From: Anaerolineae bacterium
GTDB taxonomy: Bacteria; Chloroflexota; Anaerolineae; Anaerolineales; E44-bin32
Direction: 5' to 3'
NCBI GenBank assembly: GCA_036986135.1
Contig: BTQZ01000007.1
Location: 3,642-67,641 of the forward strand
Length of the DNA: 64,000 bases
Part shown: positions 39,940-50,243 of the stretch, in pieces
How positions within the stretch are numbered: position 1 is the stretch's first letter
Layout of the letters: every line of letters begins with the position of its first letter
Program-made: the position numbers and the translations under genes
Notes under the pieces: model-generated
What the model saw: only the letters and a program-made list of their open reading frames with translations
The model's database searches: none
What the model was told of the DNA's origin: nothing

Positions 39940-41133
39940 TCAAATCACGGCCTGAGCACGAAGGTTCTCGATATCCGTCGGGGTACAGCCGAGTTCGTTG
40001 AGCAGCAGACTCTCTGTATCTTCTCCCAACGTCGGGGGCGCCTTGCGCACACGCGCCGGTGTGCGGGACATCTTCGGCACCGGGCCCAACTGCTGGATCG
40101 TGCCCAGGCTGGAATGCTCCACCTCCTGAACCATCTCACGCGCAAGCACTTGCGGATCGTTCAACACAGTCGGGATATCGTTCACCGGGGCAACCGGGAC
40201 GCGGTGCTCAAGCAAGAGTTCGATCCACTCCCCGGCAGTCCGCTGACGGAAAACGCGCTGGAGTTCCGGCACGAGCGTACCGCGATACTCGACCCGATCC
40301 GCATTTGTTCGGTATCGGGGATCCTCACCCAGGTCTTCTCGGCCCACCGCCGTGCAGAGTCTTTCGAACTGAGCGTCGGTGCCTACCGCAACCGCCAGCA
40401 GGCCATCGGAGGTAGGGAACGTCTCGTACGGCACGATATTGGCGTGAGCGTTGCCGTATCGCTGGGGCGGCGCTCCGGTGGCGAAATAGCTATGCGCGAC
40501 ATTCGCCAGCCACGCTACCTGAGCATCGAAAAGAGCGATATCGATGTGCTGGCCCTCGCCGGTCTGCTTCCGATGGAAGAGCGCCGCAAGAATAGCGCTG
40601 CTGGCATATAGACCGGCGGTGATATCGACGATGGCGACACCAACTTTGGAGGGAGGCCCACCTTCCGGGCCGGTGATGGATAGGAGGCCGCCCTGAGCCT
40701 GGATCATGAAGTCGTAACCGGAGCGCTCGCGATAAGGACCGTTCTGGCCGTATCCCGTAATGCTGCAGTAGATCAGGGAGGGGAGCTCGCCAGCGAGCGT
40801 CTCGTAGTCCAAGCCCAGCTTGGCGGTAGTTCCTGGACGAAAGTTCTCCACTAGAACGTCGGCGGAGGCGATCAACTCACGAACGAGCCGCTGACCCAGC
40901 GTATGCTTGAGATTCAGGGTCATGCTCTTCTTGTTACGATTTGCGCTGAGGAAATACGCGCTCTCGTCGCCGACCCAGGGAGGACCCCACTGCCGGGCGC
41001 CGTCTCCAGATCCGGGCTGCTCCACCTTGATGACCTCCGCCCCAAGGTCTCCAAGCATCATCGTGCAGTATGGACCCGCCAGCACCCGGGAAAGATCGAC
41101 GACCCGGATGCCCTCTAGTGCCTTATCACTCAT
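39940..41133 (-). CDS. Family III CoA-transferase (CaiB/BaiF)
   Basis: DLSRVLAGP, GAEVIKVE, NRNKKS, ENFRPG, catalytic Asp in VAIVDITAG. Confidence 0.95.
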   Translation of the reverse strand: MSDKALEGIRVVDLSRVLAGPYCTMMLGDLGAEVIKVEQPGSGDGARQWGPPWVGDESAYFLSANRNKKSMTLNLKHTLGQRLVRELIASADVLVENFRPGTTAKLGLDYETLAGELPSLIYCSITGYGQNGPYRERSGYDFMIQAQGGLLSITGPEGGPPSKVGVAIVDITAGLYASSAILAALFHRKQTGEGQHIDIALFDAQVAWLANVAHSYFATGAPPQRYGNAHANIVPYETFPTSDGLLAVAVGTDAQFERLCTAVGREDLGEDPRYRTNADRVEYRGTLVPELQRVFRQRTAGEWIELLLEHRVPVAPVNDIPTVLNDPQVLAREMVQEVEHSSLGTIQQLGPVPKMSRTPARVRKAPPTLGEDTESLLLNELGCTPTDIENLRAQAVI

Positions 41134-41268
41134 TTGGCGTACCTTGGCAGTTCTTCGACAGTAAATATCATGGGCCTTACAGAGATGGGGTACTCCTCCG
41201 CTCCGATCCCCGAGGACATAGGGGTGGGCTCTCGCCGCGTAGGAATCCGAATCGGTATGACCCAGCCG

Positions 41269-42054
41269 TCAGGAAGCAGCAGGATCCTCCTCCATGTAGC
41301 CGAGCGTCTGAGAGATCTCGGCGGCGGTTTTCACGAGCAAGGGTGCGAGTTCTTGACGGAGGCGGCTCCGCGAAATTGTCTCTGTCGATCCGCTGATATT
41401 GATCGCCGCCACAACGCCCCCATGCTCGCCCCAAATGGGGGCCGCCACCGCCCGTAGGCCGACCGCCAGCTCTTCGTTATTGACTGCGTAGCCTCTTCGT
41501 CGCACCTTAGACAGATCGGCTTCCAAGGTTTCGGTCTCAATGATCGAATTCCTAGTGCATGCTTCGAGGACCGCGCCATTGAGTCGCGTCTTAATCTGAT
41601 CCCCGGGAAGGTAGGCTAGCATGGCCTTTCCCATCGAGGTGCAATGCGCCGGCAGGCGAGATCCCATCCCCAGCACGACACCCACGATCTGGCGGTTGCG
41701 GATGCGGTCGACATAGACGATCTCCAGGCCATCCAGTACGGCGTGGCTGACTGTCTCGCCGGTCTCCTTCGAGAGTCGCTCGAGATGCGGGCGGGCCGTC
41801 TGGCGGAGGTCCATGCTCCGAAGTGCCGAGAACCCCAGTTGCAGCACCTTCAGCGAAGGCCGATAGCGCTTGGTCCCCGGATCTCGCTGAAGGTAGCCGG
41901 CCGCCTCGAGGGTCGAGGCAATTCTGAGCGAGGTCGTCATGTTCAATTCGGCCGACCGTGCTATCTCGGTGAGCGTCAGCTCAGGCGAGTCGCTGCCGAA
42001 CAAAGACAGGACACTGAGCCCACGCTCGAGAGTCTCAATAGCATAACGGGACAC
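41269..42054 (-). CDS. IclR-family regulator (PcaR/PobR-like)
   Basis: LERGLSVL HTH, G.RLPAHCTSMGKA, RGYA, GLRAVAAPI. Confidence 0.95.
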   Translation of the reverse strand: MSRYAIETLERGLSVLSLFGSDSPELTLTEIARSAELNMTTSLRIASTLEAAGYLQRDPGTKRYRPSLKVLQLGFSALRSMDLRQTARPHLERLSKETGETVSHAVLDGLEIVYVDRIRNRQIVGVVLGMGSRLPAHCTSMGKAMLAYLPGDQIKTRLNGAVLEACTRNSIIETETLEADLSKVRRRGYAVNNEELAVGLRAVAAPIWGEHGGVVAAINISGSTETISRSRLRQELAPLLVKTAAEISQTLGYMEEDPAAS

Positions 42055-42083
42055 TTGAGTAATTTTGACCTAGTCGTTTGAGT

Positions 42084-42149
42084 TTTCGCTCAGGGAAAGC
42101 GGTTTTCTCTAGCTGAAAGTATCCTAATGTAGGAGTCTTGCGGGGTCAA
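42084..42149 (-). promoter_or_regulatory. Promoter TTGACC-N17-TAGGAT followed by two TTTC-N7-GAAA operators
   Basis: -35 at 42144-42149, -10 at 42121-42126; 15-bp palindromes at 42104-42118 and 42084-42098, 20 bp apart. Confidence 0.72.
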
Positions 42150-42177
42150 TAGAAGAGGGAAACTATTAGGAGAGGCC

Positions 42178-42651
42178 CTAGAGGTCTACCATTTCCAGGG
42201 AAGTCGTAATATCCACACAGTTCCGGATCGTGCGCGCAACGGGGCAGTAGCGGGCGTGCAGTTCGTGTGCCCGCTCGGCGGCCTCGTGCTTTTTCGGATC
42301 CAACTTGAGGGTGTATTTCACGTGTATGCGCTTGACCACGAGAATCTTATCGTCTAGCTCGATTTCACCGGTGGCTTCAGATGTCAGCCGGCCTTCGCCG
42401 GCGGGGATATCGCGCGCCTCCAGCGCGCCTCCGAGGGTCCCAGTCAGTCAACCCGCCGCGGCGGCGACGAGGTAGTCCAGGGTCGTGGAATGAGCGGGAT
42501 GGGCTCCCGGTTCATGCTTGTAGTACTCGGCAATCTCGGAATGGGTTGAGAGGTAGATCGGCTCCTCCTCCACCGGCATGTGAACGCGTCGGTACGGCCC
42601 CTTGATGCGCTCTACCTGGATCTTGGATCGATAAACGATTTCGTCAGACAT
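42178..42651 (-). CDS. OsmC/Ohr-family protein with in-frame UGA (candidate selenocysteine at codon 68)
   Basis: GGAGG RBS; ...TTLDYLVAAAAG-UGA-LTGTLGGALEAR...RIHVKY...RYCPVARTI...; frame stays open 89 codons past the UGA at 42448-42450. Confidence 0.85.
42404..42441 (-). promoter_or_regulatory. Candidate bacterial SECIS hairpin
   Basis: GCGCGC-UGGAG-GCGCGC apical stem-loop (42412-42428) starting ~20 nt after the UGA; possible lower stem GGGA/UCCC. Confidence 0.55.
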
Positions 42652-42717
42652 GAGACCTCCACATAAATACGGGCGCAATCGGTCTGCGTAGGGATGCTGA
42701 CCCACACCTTCGATCGC

Positions 42718-43557
42718 CTAGCCTTTGACCGCCCCCATTGTCATTCCAGCGACCAAGCGACTCAGGAACAAGCTATACACAATTCCAACCGGGATCGCCA
42801 CAATCACCGCCGCCGCCATCAGCGACTGCCAAAAGAAGACATCGCCGCGGATCAGCTCGACCGGTACGCCCACACTGATCGTGCGTTGGGCCGAGGAAGT
42901 GATAAATGTCAAAGCATAGACGAATTCGTGCAGCGTGAGTGTGAACGTGAAGACGATCACCGCGATGATTCCAGAGACCGAAAGCGGCATCACAACCCGC
43001 GTAAACGCCGACAACCTGCTGTAGCCGTCGACCATGGCCGCTTCCTCGAGGTCGCGCGGGATAGAGCCGAAGAACCCGGCTAAGAGCCAGGTCGAGAACG
43101 GAATCGTGAAGGTCGGGTATACGACGACCAGCGACCAAAGGCTGTTGTTGAGATCTAAGGCCACAACTATCCGAAAAAGCGGGATGAAAAGCAGGATCGG
43201 TGGAACAAGATAGATCAAGAACATTCCGATGCTGGCCCGCTCCCCCCAGCGCCCAGCCAGGCGAGCCAAACTGTATCCGGCTGGGATCGCGAGCAGCAAG
43301 GTGATGATCACGACCAATGTGCCGACGATCAGCGAATTACGAACAAACCCAAGGTAGTTGGTATTTAAGAAGAGCAGTTCTAAATTGTCCAGGGTAGGCG
43401 GTTCGTTGAAGAGGAAAGGATTGCCTTGAGCCCGGTAGAGGTCGCGGTCGGTCTTAAAGGTGGTGATGATCATCCATAGAAAGGGCGCCGCGAAGAAGAA
43501 GCAAAAGGCCACGACCGTTGTATAGAGCGCCACACGCCTCATTCGGTCTCTAGCCAC
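42718..43557 (-). CDS. Carbohydrate ABC permease (MalG-like)
   Basis: FVRNSL, EAA loop LEEAAMVDG. Confidence 0.93.
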   Translation of the reverse strand: MARDRMRRVALYTTVVAFCFFFAAPFLWMIITTFKTDRDLYRAQGNPFLFNEPPTLDNLELLFLNTNYLGFVRNSLIVGTLVVIITLLLAIPAGYSLARLAGRWGERASIGMFLIYLVPPILLFIPLFRIVVALDLNNSLWSLVVVYPTFTIPFSTWLLAGFFGSIPRDLEEAAMVDGYSRLSAFTRVVMPLSVSGIIAVIVFTFTLTLHEFVYALTFITSSAQRTISVGVPVELIRGDVFFWQSLMAAAVIVAIPVGIVYSLFLSRLVAGMTMGAVKG

Positions 43558-44496
43558 CTACGTCACCTCGATCCGGCGGACACTTCGAAGGATCAAAATT
43601 GCCGCGACAAAAAGAACCGGAGCGAAGAACAATGCGATCGCCGCCCCTTCCGCGAGCGCGCCCCCCTCGATGCCCTTGTTATACGACCACATAGAAAGCA
43701 CCTGGGTGTAGTAGATCGGCCCGCCCCGCGTCAGTACAAAAACCACCACCAGGTCGGTGAAGATCAGAATGAATGCAAAGAGTGACGCAATGGCCAGGAT
43801 CGGTGTGATGAGCGGCAATTTGATCTGAAGGTAGGTTCGCAGCCCGCTCGCTCCATCCACCTGGGCCTGATCGATCAATTCCTGATCGATAGAAGTCAGG
43901 CCGGCCAGCAAGATCACCGCCGATAACGGGACCAATCGCCACACGTGCACCAAGACCACCGAGCCCATCGCTAAATACTCACGTCCGAGGTAGTTGAGAT
44001 GAAGTCCGGGTCCTAGAAGCGTATCCGGACCGAGTAGTCCGATCTGTACCAATACCCAGTCGATTGGGCTGAATTTGGAATCCAGCAACCAGAGCCAGCC
44101 CAGGGTCCCCAGGGAGATCGGAGTAGCCCACGGGAGGATGACCAAGATGCGCGCCAGCCACTTGCCGCGGAAGTCCTGTGTGAACACCACTGCCAAGATG
44201 TTGGCCAACACAATAATGATCAATAGGGCCGCGGTCGTGAACAAGATCGAATCGATGACCGCGCGCCGGAACTGCGGCGTCCGGGTGACATTCCGAAAAT
44301 TCTCCAGTCCAACATAATCCAGGCTGGTATCTCCGACAGTCACGTCGGAGAGACTGAAGGCGATCGACAAAACGAGAGGCAACCCCACAAGAGCCAGGAT
44401 TAAGATCACGGCTGGCGCCAGCATCAGCGCGCCAAGGGCGCGCTCGTTGTCGGCAAGAGATCTGAATCGAGAGGGCTGTGCTGTCTCTGTGCTCAT
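43558..44496 (-). CDS. Carbohydrate ABC permease (MalF-like)
   Basis: VGLENF, LPWA, AQVDGA, IKLPL. Confidence 0.93.
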   Translation of the reverse strand: MSTETAQPSRFRSLADNERALGALMLAPAVILILALVGLPLVLSIAFSLSDVTVGDTSLDYVGLENFRNVTRTPQFRRAVIDSILFTTAALLIIIVLANILAVVFTQDFRGKWLARILVILPWATPISLGTLGWLWLLDSKFSPIDWVLVQIGLLGPDTLLGPGLHLNYLGREYLAMGSVVLVHVWRLVPLSAVILLAGLTSIDQELIDQAQVDGASGLRTYLQIKLPLITPILAIASLFAFILIFTDLVVVFVLTRGGPIYYTQVLSMWSYNKGIEGGALAEGAAIALFFAPVLFVAAILILRSVRRIEVT

Positions 44497-45521
44497 GGCG
44501 CACCCGGAGTGGTCGTGCGTCCAGTTTCTTTGTCGAAATACCGCAAGTACTCGGTATTGACCACGAACTCCCTTTTATCTCCTGCCGAGGCGAAGAAGGT
44601 CGACGTAGAGGGGATCTTGGCCACCACATTGGTGCCTTCATCCACCGAGCCGTAAACTAAGGTGTCTGCGCCCAGATTTTCAACTCGATCGACGGTGATC
44701 ACATAACTTGAAGCGTCATCTTCGAACCTTGCGCTGTCTCTAGGATGCAAGTGCTCGGGCCGAAATCCCACGGTGTACTCAGGCCCTTCAATCAAGTTCA
44801 TGCCAGGCGATCCAAGAAAGGTTGCCACGAAAGTATCTGCGGATTTGCTGTAGATCTCATCCGGCGTTCCAACTTGCCTGACTTTGCCGGCGTACATGAC
44901 GGCAATTCGATCCCCCAGGCCCATGGCCTCGACCTGATCGTGCGTCACGAAAATCGTTGTGATTCCTAGCCGATGCTGGAAACGCTGGAGTTCGTCGCGA
45001 GCAGAAGCGCGCAGCTTCGCGTCCAGGTTGGACAGGGGTTCATCGAGCAGCAGGACGCTGGGTTCCTTCACCATCGCTCTGGCCAGGGCCACGCGTTGCC
45101 GTTCTCCGCCGGAGAGTTGGCGCGGCTTGCGGTCGAGCAGAGGCTCAATACCCAGCACGCCCGCGGCATGTCGAACCTTCTCATCGATTTCCCCTTTCGC
45201 GAGGCCGCCCTGGGCCTTGAGCGGAAAGGCGATGTTCCGATATACAGTCATGTGCGGATAGAGCGCGTAGCTCTGGAACACCATGGCGATGTGCCGAGCT
45301 CGGGGAGGAAGCTTTGTCACCTGCTCTCCGGCGATCAGGATCTCGCCCTCGGTTGGAATTTCGAGTCCCGCAATCATGCGCATTAGCGTGGTTTTTCCGC
45401 AACCGGAGGGTCCCAGGATCACCAGCAACTCACCCTCCTGGATGGAGAGGTCTACTCCATCGACGGCCTTCACACCCGCAAAGTGCTTCCTGAGCGCCTG
45501 AGTTTCTACAAAACTAGTCAA
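44493..45521 (-). CDS. Carbohydrate ABC ATPase (MalK-like)
   Basis: [40 protein letters not shown]. Confidence 0.95.
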   Translation of the reverse strand: MTSFVETQALRKHFAGVKAVDGVDLSIQEGELLVILGPSGCGKTTLMRMIAGLEIPTEGEILIAGEQVTKLPPRARHIAMVFQSYALYPHMTVYRNIAFPLKAQGGLAKGEIDEKVRHAAGVLGIEPLLDRKPRQLSGGERQRVALARAMVKEPSVLLLDEPLSNLDAKLRASARDELQRFQHRLGITTIFVTHDQVEAMGLGDRIAVMYAGKVRQVGTPDEIYSKSADTFVATFLGSPGMNLIEGPEYTVGFRPEHLHPRDSARFEDDASSYVITVDRVENLGADTLVYGSVDEGTNVVAKIPSTSTFFASAGDKREFVVNTEYLRYFDKETGRTTTPGAP

Positions 45522-45529
45522 TGGAGGAC

Positions 45530-45563
45530 TAAGGCCCGCCGAAATAGATTCCGGCGGGCCTTA
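45530..45563. terminator. Intercistronic hairpin after the substrate-binding gene
   Basis: TAAGGCCCGCCG / CGGCGGGCCTTA 12-bp stem. Confidence 0.6.
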
Positions 45564-45619
45564 AGGCGAACGCTCGTGCGAAGGGATAGCGTGATTTTCG
45601 CGCGCGCCAAGAACGCTCG

Positions 45620-47086
45620 CTAACCTACAGCGCAGTCGGGAGAAGCTTCGCCGCCGACCAAGCCCTCAGCCCGCCATTTTTCGAAGATATCTTCGATTTG
45701 AGCATGCGCTTCACACACCGCCTCCGCGGCGGTCAGCTCACCCAGGGCAGCTTTGCCCATCATGGTCGGGATGATACTGGTCCCGAAAACCTCACCTGTG
45801 GCCGGGTTGGCCGGGCCAGGGTAGCCGAGGTATACCGTCCAATTGATCGCGTCGGCCAGCAAAGCAAGCTTGTCCGCCGGCCGCGAGCCGAACGGGTCTT
45901 TGTTCACCCAGCCTTCGAGCTGCGGAACGGTGCTCGGGAAGGCCGGGAAGTTGTACAGCTCGCTGTTGAAGACGATCTGATTGGAGTTGGCAGTGAGGTG
46001 GAGCAGGAAGGCCTTAGCAGCCTCCAGCTCGGCGCCCTCTACGTAGTTGGGAATAACGTAGATCGACCAGACGTGGGCCGAAGCAGCCTGATCACCTCGC
46101 GGTCCAACAAGTGCCGGTCCGAAGCCGATGTTGTCGGCCGCCTCCGGATCGATCTTCTGCAGACTGCGATAGGCAGAGATCGAGTTGAGAATGTAGGAAA
46201 GTTCTCCCGCGATCAACCCCTGGTTGTTGGAGGCCGGCGTCCAGGCAAAGACTTCCTCGGTCATGGTGTCGTTATAGAGCTGGGCCATGAACTCGACCGC
46301 CTCGACCACCTCCGGCGAGTCGATCACAACGTTTTCATTCTCGTCCTGCACGGAGCCGCCGAAGGACCACATTAGTGCTCGGCCGGCCATGCGCGAGTCA
46401 AGCTCGGGCGAGAGCCCAATACCCAGCGGCACACCAGTCTTATCCTTGATGGCCTTTCCGCCTTCCAGCAGGTCACGCCAGGTCTCTGGGCCGTTTGGAT
46501 AGCCCGCGTCGGTCCACAGCGCGGTGTCGTAGTCGGCGGGATCTGGTATCCAGGAATGGCAGAAGCCATACCATTTGTCCACGGCAGGCAAGTACGAGCT
46601 GTTGGCGCAGCTGGCGGCCTGCTCACCAAACAGCGCCTGAGCCTGCTCATTTACATCCGTCAGGTCCTGAACGCCGTTCACAAAAGCGGATGGCGAGAAG
46701 AGCACTTCGACCATGGTCGGGCCCTCGCCGGCATCGATGGCCGCGGTCAGGGTGGCAGTTGTAGTTGGGATGTCCACATGATCCACACTAGTCTCAACCC
46801 CATTGGCGTCGCCCCAGGCCTCGAGGAAGGGATCGAACCATACGTCGTACTGTGGGACGAAGTGGCTCCACTGCACGAGGCGTATGGAGGTACCTTCAGG
46901 AAATTCGGGGACCTGCACCTCGACCGGCACTTCTACCTCTACCGGAACCTCCACTTCTACCGGAACCTCCACCTCGACCGTGACTTGGACCTCCTGGACC
47001 TCCGGCTCTGCAGGCTGGCAAGCGCCCAGCAGCAAAGCTAAAAGGGCCAGAGACCCTAATAGAATCCAAAGATGACGTTTAGACAC
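45620..47086 (-). CDS. Carbohydrate ABC substrate-binding lipoprotein
   Basis: Lipobox LGAC, (VEVEVP)n linker, QWSHFVP, NSISAY; AGGAG RBS. Confidence 0.92.
   Translation of the reverse strand: MSKRHLWILLGSLALLALLLGACQPAEPEVQEVQVTVEVEVPVEVEVPVEVEVPVEVQVPEFPEGTSIRLVQWSHFVPQYDVWFDPFLEAWGDANGVETSVDHVDIPTTTATLTAAIDAGEGPTMVEVLFSPSAFVNGVQDLTDVNEQAQALFGEQAASCANSSYLPAVDKWYGFCHSWIPDPADYDTALWTDAGYPNGPETWRDLLEGGKAIKDKTGVPLGIGLSPELDSRMAGRALMWSFGGSVQDENENVVIDSPEVVEAVEFMAQLYNDTMTEEVFAWTPASNNQGLIAGELSYILNSISAYRSLQKIDPEAADNIGFGPALVGPRGDQAASAHVWSIYVIPNYVEGAELEAAKAFLLHLTANSNQIVFNSELYNFPAFPSTVPQLEGWVNKDPFGSRPADKLALLADAINWTVYLGYPGPANPATGEVFGTSIIPTMMGKAALGELTAAEAVCEAHAQIEDIFEKWRAEGLVGGEASPDCAVG
46911..47002 (-). 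repeat. 18-bp coding tandem repeat (PVEVEV)n
   Basis: About four degenerate 18-bp units such as ACCGGAACCTCCACTTCT. Confidence 0.8.
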
Positions 47087-47271
47087 GACTCTCCTCCTTT
47101 TGGTGCGATGCCAGACGGGTGGATAGCGAAGGGGATATACAGTCTAATGCAGTCGAAAGACAGCGTCAATCGGAATCGAAACTGAAGCGCGCGGCTGTGG
47201 TCTGATCGGGCGCCTGACCCAGGCACGGGACGATCGGGGCTTACAATCACCAGGAAACGGAGGAACGTGCA

Positions 47272-48060
47272 ATGGACCTTCAACTGAAAGATCAAGTTGC
47301 GGTAGTCGCCGCGGCCTCGAAGGGACTGGGCAAATCGGCCGCAATGGCGCTTGCGCAAGAGGGAGCCCGCCTTGCCATCTGTGCCCGGAGCGAGGCCCTC
47401 GATGCTACGGCGGAAGAGATCCGTTCGGAGACGGGGGCGGAGGTGCTGGCGGTCCGTGCTGACATGACCAAGCGAGCTGAGGTCGAAGGCTTTATCAAGC
47501 AGTCTGCGGATCACTACGGCCAGATCGACGTCCTGATCGTCAATAGTGGCGGGCCGCCGCCCGGCAACTTCATGGACCTGACGATCGAAGATTGGGAAGC
47601 GGGTATCCAAACCACGATCATGAGCACCTTGTATCTATGCTACGCGGTCATTCCACACATGCTTGAGCGCGGCTCGGGCAGCATCGTGACCACCCAGTCG
47701 ACCTCGGTTAAACAGCCGATCGAGCGGCTGATCACTTCGAATTCGCTGCGCCTGGCGGTTATTGGGCTTATGAAGAGTCTGGCCAACGAGCTTGGGCCCC
47801 AAGGAATTCGCGTCAATTCGATCAATCCAGCCTGGACCTGGACTGACCGGGTGCAGAAGCTCATGGAGGACCGCGCCAATGCGGCCGGGACGTCCGTCGA
47901 GCAGGAAGCCGTCAAGGTGGCAGAGGCGCTCCCGCTGCGCCGCATGGGAACGCTGGATGAATATGGAAAGAGCATCGCCTGGTTGGCTTCGCCGGCCGCC
48001 GGCTTCATCCACGGTCACGCCTTGATGTTTGACGGCGGCGCGGTTTCTGCTCCGCTGTAA
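47272..48060 (+). CDS. SDR-family oxidoreductase
   Basis: AASKGLG, NSGGPP, SNSLR variant of YxxxK, DGG C-terminus. Confidence 0.92.
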   Translation: MDLQLKDQVAVVAAASKGLGKSAAMALAQEGARLAICARSEALDATAEEIRSETGAEVLAVRADMTKRAEVEGFIKQSADHYGQIDVLIVNSGGPPPGNFMDLTIEDWEAGIQTTIMSTLYLCYAVIPHMLERGSGSIVTTQSTSVKQPIERLITSNSLRLAVIGLMKSLANELGPQGIRVNSINPAWTWTDRVQKLMEDRANAAGTSVEQEAVKVAEALPLRRMGTLDEYGKSIAWLASPAAGFIHGHALMFDGGAVSAPL

Positions 48061-48129
48061 ACGTCACCGTGTTGTGCATTTTCGCTCACGGACCGCGCGC
48101 CTACCGCTCTGCGGTAGAATCGCTCCGCA

Positions 48130-49062
48130 ATGTCATCTGTGATTCCTGACATCGATGTCCAGGAGCTTCCAAAACGGCCGGGCAGGCGCCCCGAGTGGAT
48201 CAAGGTACGCGCCCCGAGCGGGCCTAGCTACGAACGCGTGCTCGAGACCATGCGATCGAAGCGGTTGCATACCGTTTGCGAAGAAGCTCGCTGCCCCAAT
48301 CTGGGCGAATGCTGGGGGTCGGGAACCGCCACGTTCCTGCTCATGGGGGATACTTGCACGCGCTCCTGCGGCTTTTGCGATATCAAGACTGGCCGCCCGG
48401 AGACGCTGGACTGGCTGGAGCCGGAGCGGGTGGCAAGGGCGGTGCAGGATATGGATCTGCGCCACGCAGTGATCACCAGCGTCAACCGCGATGAACGTCC
48501 CGACGGCGGTGCGCCGATCTTTGCCATGGTCATTCGCAGGATCCGCCAGCTGCGGCCGGGGTGTTCGATCGAAGTCTTGATCCCCGATTTCAAAGGCTCG
48601 CGGGACGCGCTTGCGATCGTGATGGAAGCCCGGCCGGAGATCTTGAACCACAATGTCGAGACCGTGCGCAGGCTGTTCAAGCATGTGCAGCCGCAAGATC
48701 AATATGAGTGGGCCGAGGCCACCCTCAGCAACGCTAAATCACTCGATCCGGACGTACTGACCAAATCCGGAATAATGGTCGGCCTGGGCGAGACGATGGA
48801 GGAAGTCAAGGAAACCATGCGCGACCTGCGCGAGTGGGAGGTCGATATCTTAACCATCGGCCAGTATTTGCAGCCCACCATCAAGCATTTGCCGATCGAA
48901 CGCTACTATCGACCGGAGGAGTTCGAGGAACTGAAGGACTTTGGGATGGACATCGGTTTCCGGTGGGTTGAGAGCGGGCCGCTCGTGCGCTCCTCATACC
49001 ACGCCGAACGACAGGTACGTGCACTTTCAGTGGTTCACCGAGAACTGTACGGCTCCGAATAG
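48130..49062 (+). CDS. lipA: Lipoyl synthase
   Basis: [31 protein letters not shown]. Confidence 0.97.
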   Translation: MSSVIPDIDVQELPKRPGRRPEWIKVRAPSGPSYERVLETMRSKRLHTVCEEARCPNLGECWGSGTATFLLMGDTCTRSCGFCDIKTGRPETLDWLEPERVARAVQDMDLRHAVITSVNRDERPDGGAPIFAMVIRRIRQLRPGCSIEVLIPDFKGSRDALAIVMEARPEILNHNVETVRRLFKHVQPQDQYEWAEATLSNAKSLDPDVLTKSGIMVGLGETMEEVKETMRDLREWEVDILTIGQYLQPTIKHLPIERYYRPEEFEELKDFGMDIGFRWVESGPLVRSSYHAERQVRALSVVHRELYGSE

Positions 49063-49086
49063 TCTCAATCCCTCGCACAGTTGAAC

Positions 49087-49110
49087 AATGCCCGGCTCGC
49101 CGGGCGTTTT
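49087..49110 (+). terminator. Intrinsic terminator after lipA
   Basis: GCCCGG-CTCG-CCGGGC hairpin followed by GTTTT. Confidence 0.65.
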
Positions 49111-49432
49111 CATAGCATGGACCCCCCTCTTGCGCGCCCAAAAGGATCCCATGGATCACCCCCTTCGATTCGGAGAGGAGCGCGGCCGAAGCCATAGGCC
49201 GGCGGAGATGGATTAGGCGCTATCGTGCAGGGGCGATCCGGCCCGAGAGCGCCGCGTGACAGGCGGCACAGAACGGGTCATGCCCTTCAAGCGCTACGAA
49301 GGGATCCCAAAGTTCGCTGAGTTCACCGTTAGCGGCCTCGAGAAAATACGATGGATAAACGATCGCCCCCACAATGAGGTAACGCTGCATCGCTACCCTG
49401 TGGTCAGTCAGTGATACCGACCGGAGGAAGCG

Positions 49433-49690
49433 ATGAATATCAATCTTGGAATGGTCGAATGGGAAGAGGGTCGGCGATCTTCTCCCGGCAGGTTAGGGAA
49501 GAAACTGGCAGTGGCCCTGAGCGTAGTTTTGCTCGCGGCATTGGCCCTGGGGAATTGGCTCGCGGCCCCCGATCTTTCGATCGGGGGACAGAGTTCCTCT
49601 GCAATCGCCGAAGACGCATTTGCTGCGGATCAAGAGATTGCACAAGATGAGAGTTTCGCGCCGGCAGGATCACAGGTCTTCACACGGTAG
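49433..49690 (+). CDS. Small single-TM hypothetical protein
   Basis: GGAGG RBS, one hydrophobic helix, acidic tail. Confidence 0.55.
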   Translation: MNINLGMVEWEEGRRSSPGRLGKKLAVALSVVLLAALALGNWLAAPDLSIGGQSSSAIAEDAFAADQEIAQDESFAPAGSQVFTR

Positions 49691-49755
49691 ATTCAGTGCT
49701 TCCTTACCGCCCGCAGCAGTTGCATCAAGAGTGAAGACTTGAGCTGCGCGAGGCA

Positions 49756-49796
49756 AAGAGAGGCTGTCTCAAAAGCAGCATGAGACAGCCTCTCTT
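49756..49796. repeat. 16-bp perfect inverted repeat
   Basis: AAGAGAGGCTGTCTCA-N9-TGAGACAGCCTCTCTT. Confidence 0.85.
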
Positions 49797-49904
49797 ACTT
49801 GAAACAATGCCGGTCATGACCGCATTCTGCTGCGGCGCTATTGACGGTCGGTCAGTGGTCTGCAGCGAGGAAGTAAAATCAGACCCGAACAACAGGGAGG
49901 AACG

Positions 49905-50243
49905 ATGGGGCAGATCGAGTGGCAGGAGTTCGAGCGGGTGGACATGCGGGTTGGTCGGGTGCTTCAAGTCGAAGACTTTGAAGAAGCCCGCAACCCCTCT
50001 TATCTCTTGCGGATCGACTTTGGTCCGGAGATCGGGGCCAAACAATCGGCAGCCGCAATTCGGAATCTCTACCGCAAAGAAGAGCTTCGGGATCGGCTGG
50101 TCGTGGCCGTGGTGAACTTCCCGCCGAAGCAGATCGCGAACCACACCTCAGAGGTCCTGGTGCTGGCGGGCGTCAACCCAGACGGCTCCATGCGCTTGCT
50201 CCAGCCCGATGCCGAAGTCGAGCTCGGTGCGCGCGTTCGGTGA
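49905..50243 (+). CDS. csaA: tRNA-binding/export chaperone CsaA
   Basis: DMRVG, DFGPEIG.KQS.A.I, VVNFPPKQIA..SEVLVL. Confidence 0.9.
   Translation: MGQIEWQEFERVDMRVGRVLQVEDFEEARNPSYLLRIDFGPEIGAKQSAAAIRNLYRKEELRDRLVVAVVNFPPKQIANHTSEVLVLAGVNPDGSMRLLQPDAEVELGARVR

Noticed and set aside
42208-42217. Isolated DnaA-box-like ATATCCACA
   Set aside because: Single match inside a coding region; expected by chance.
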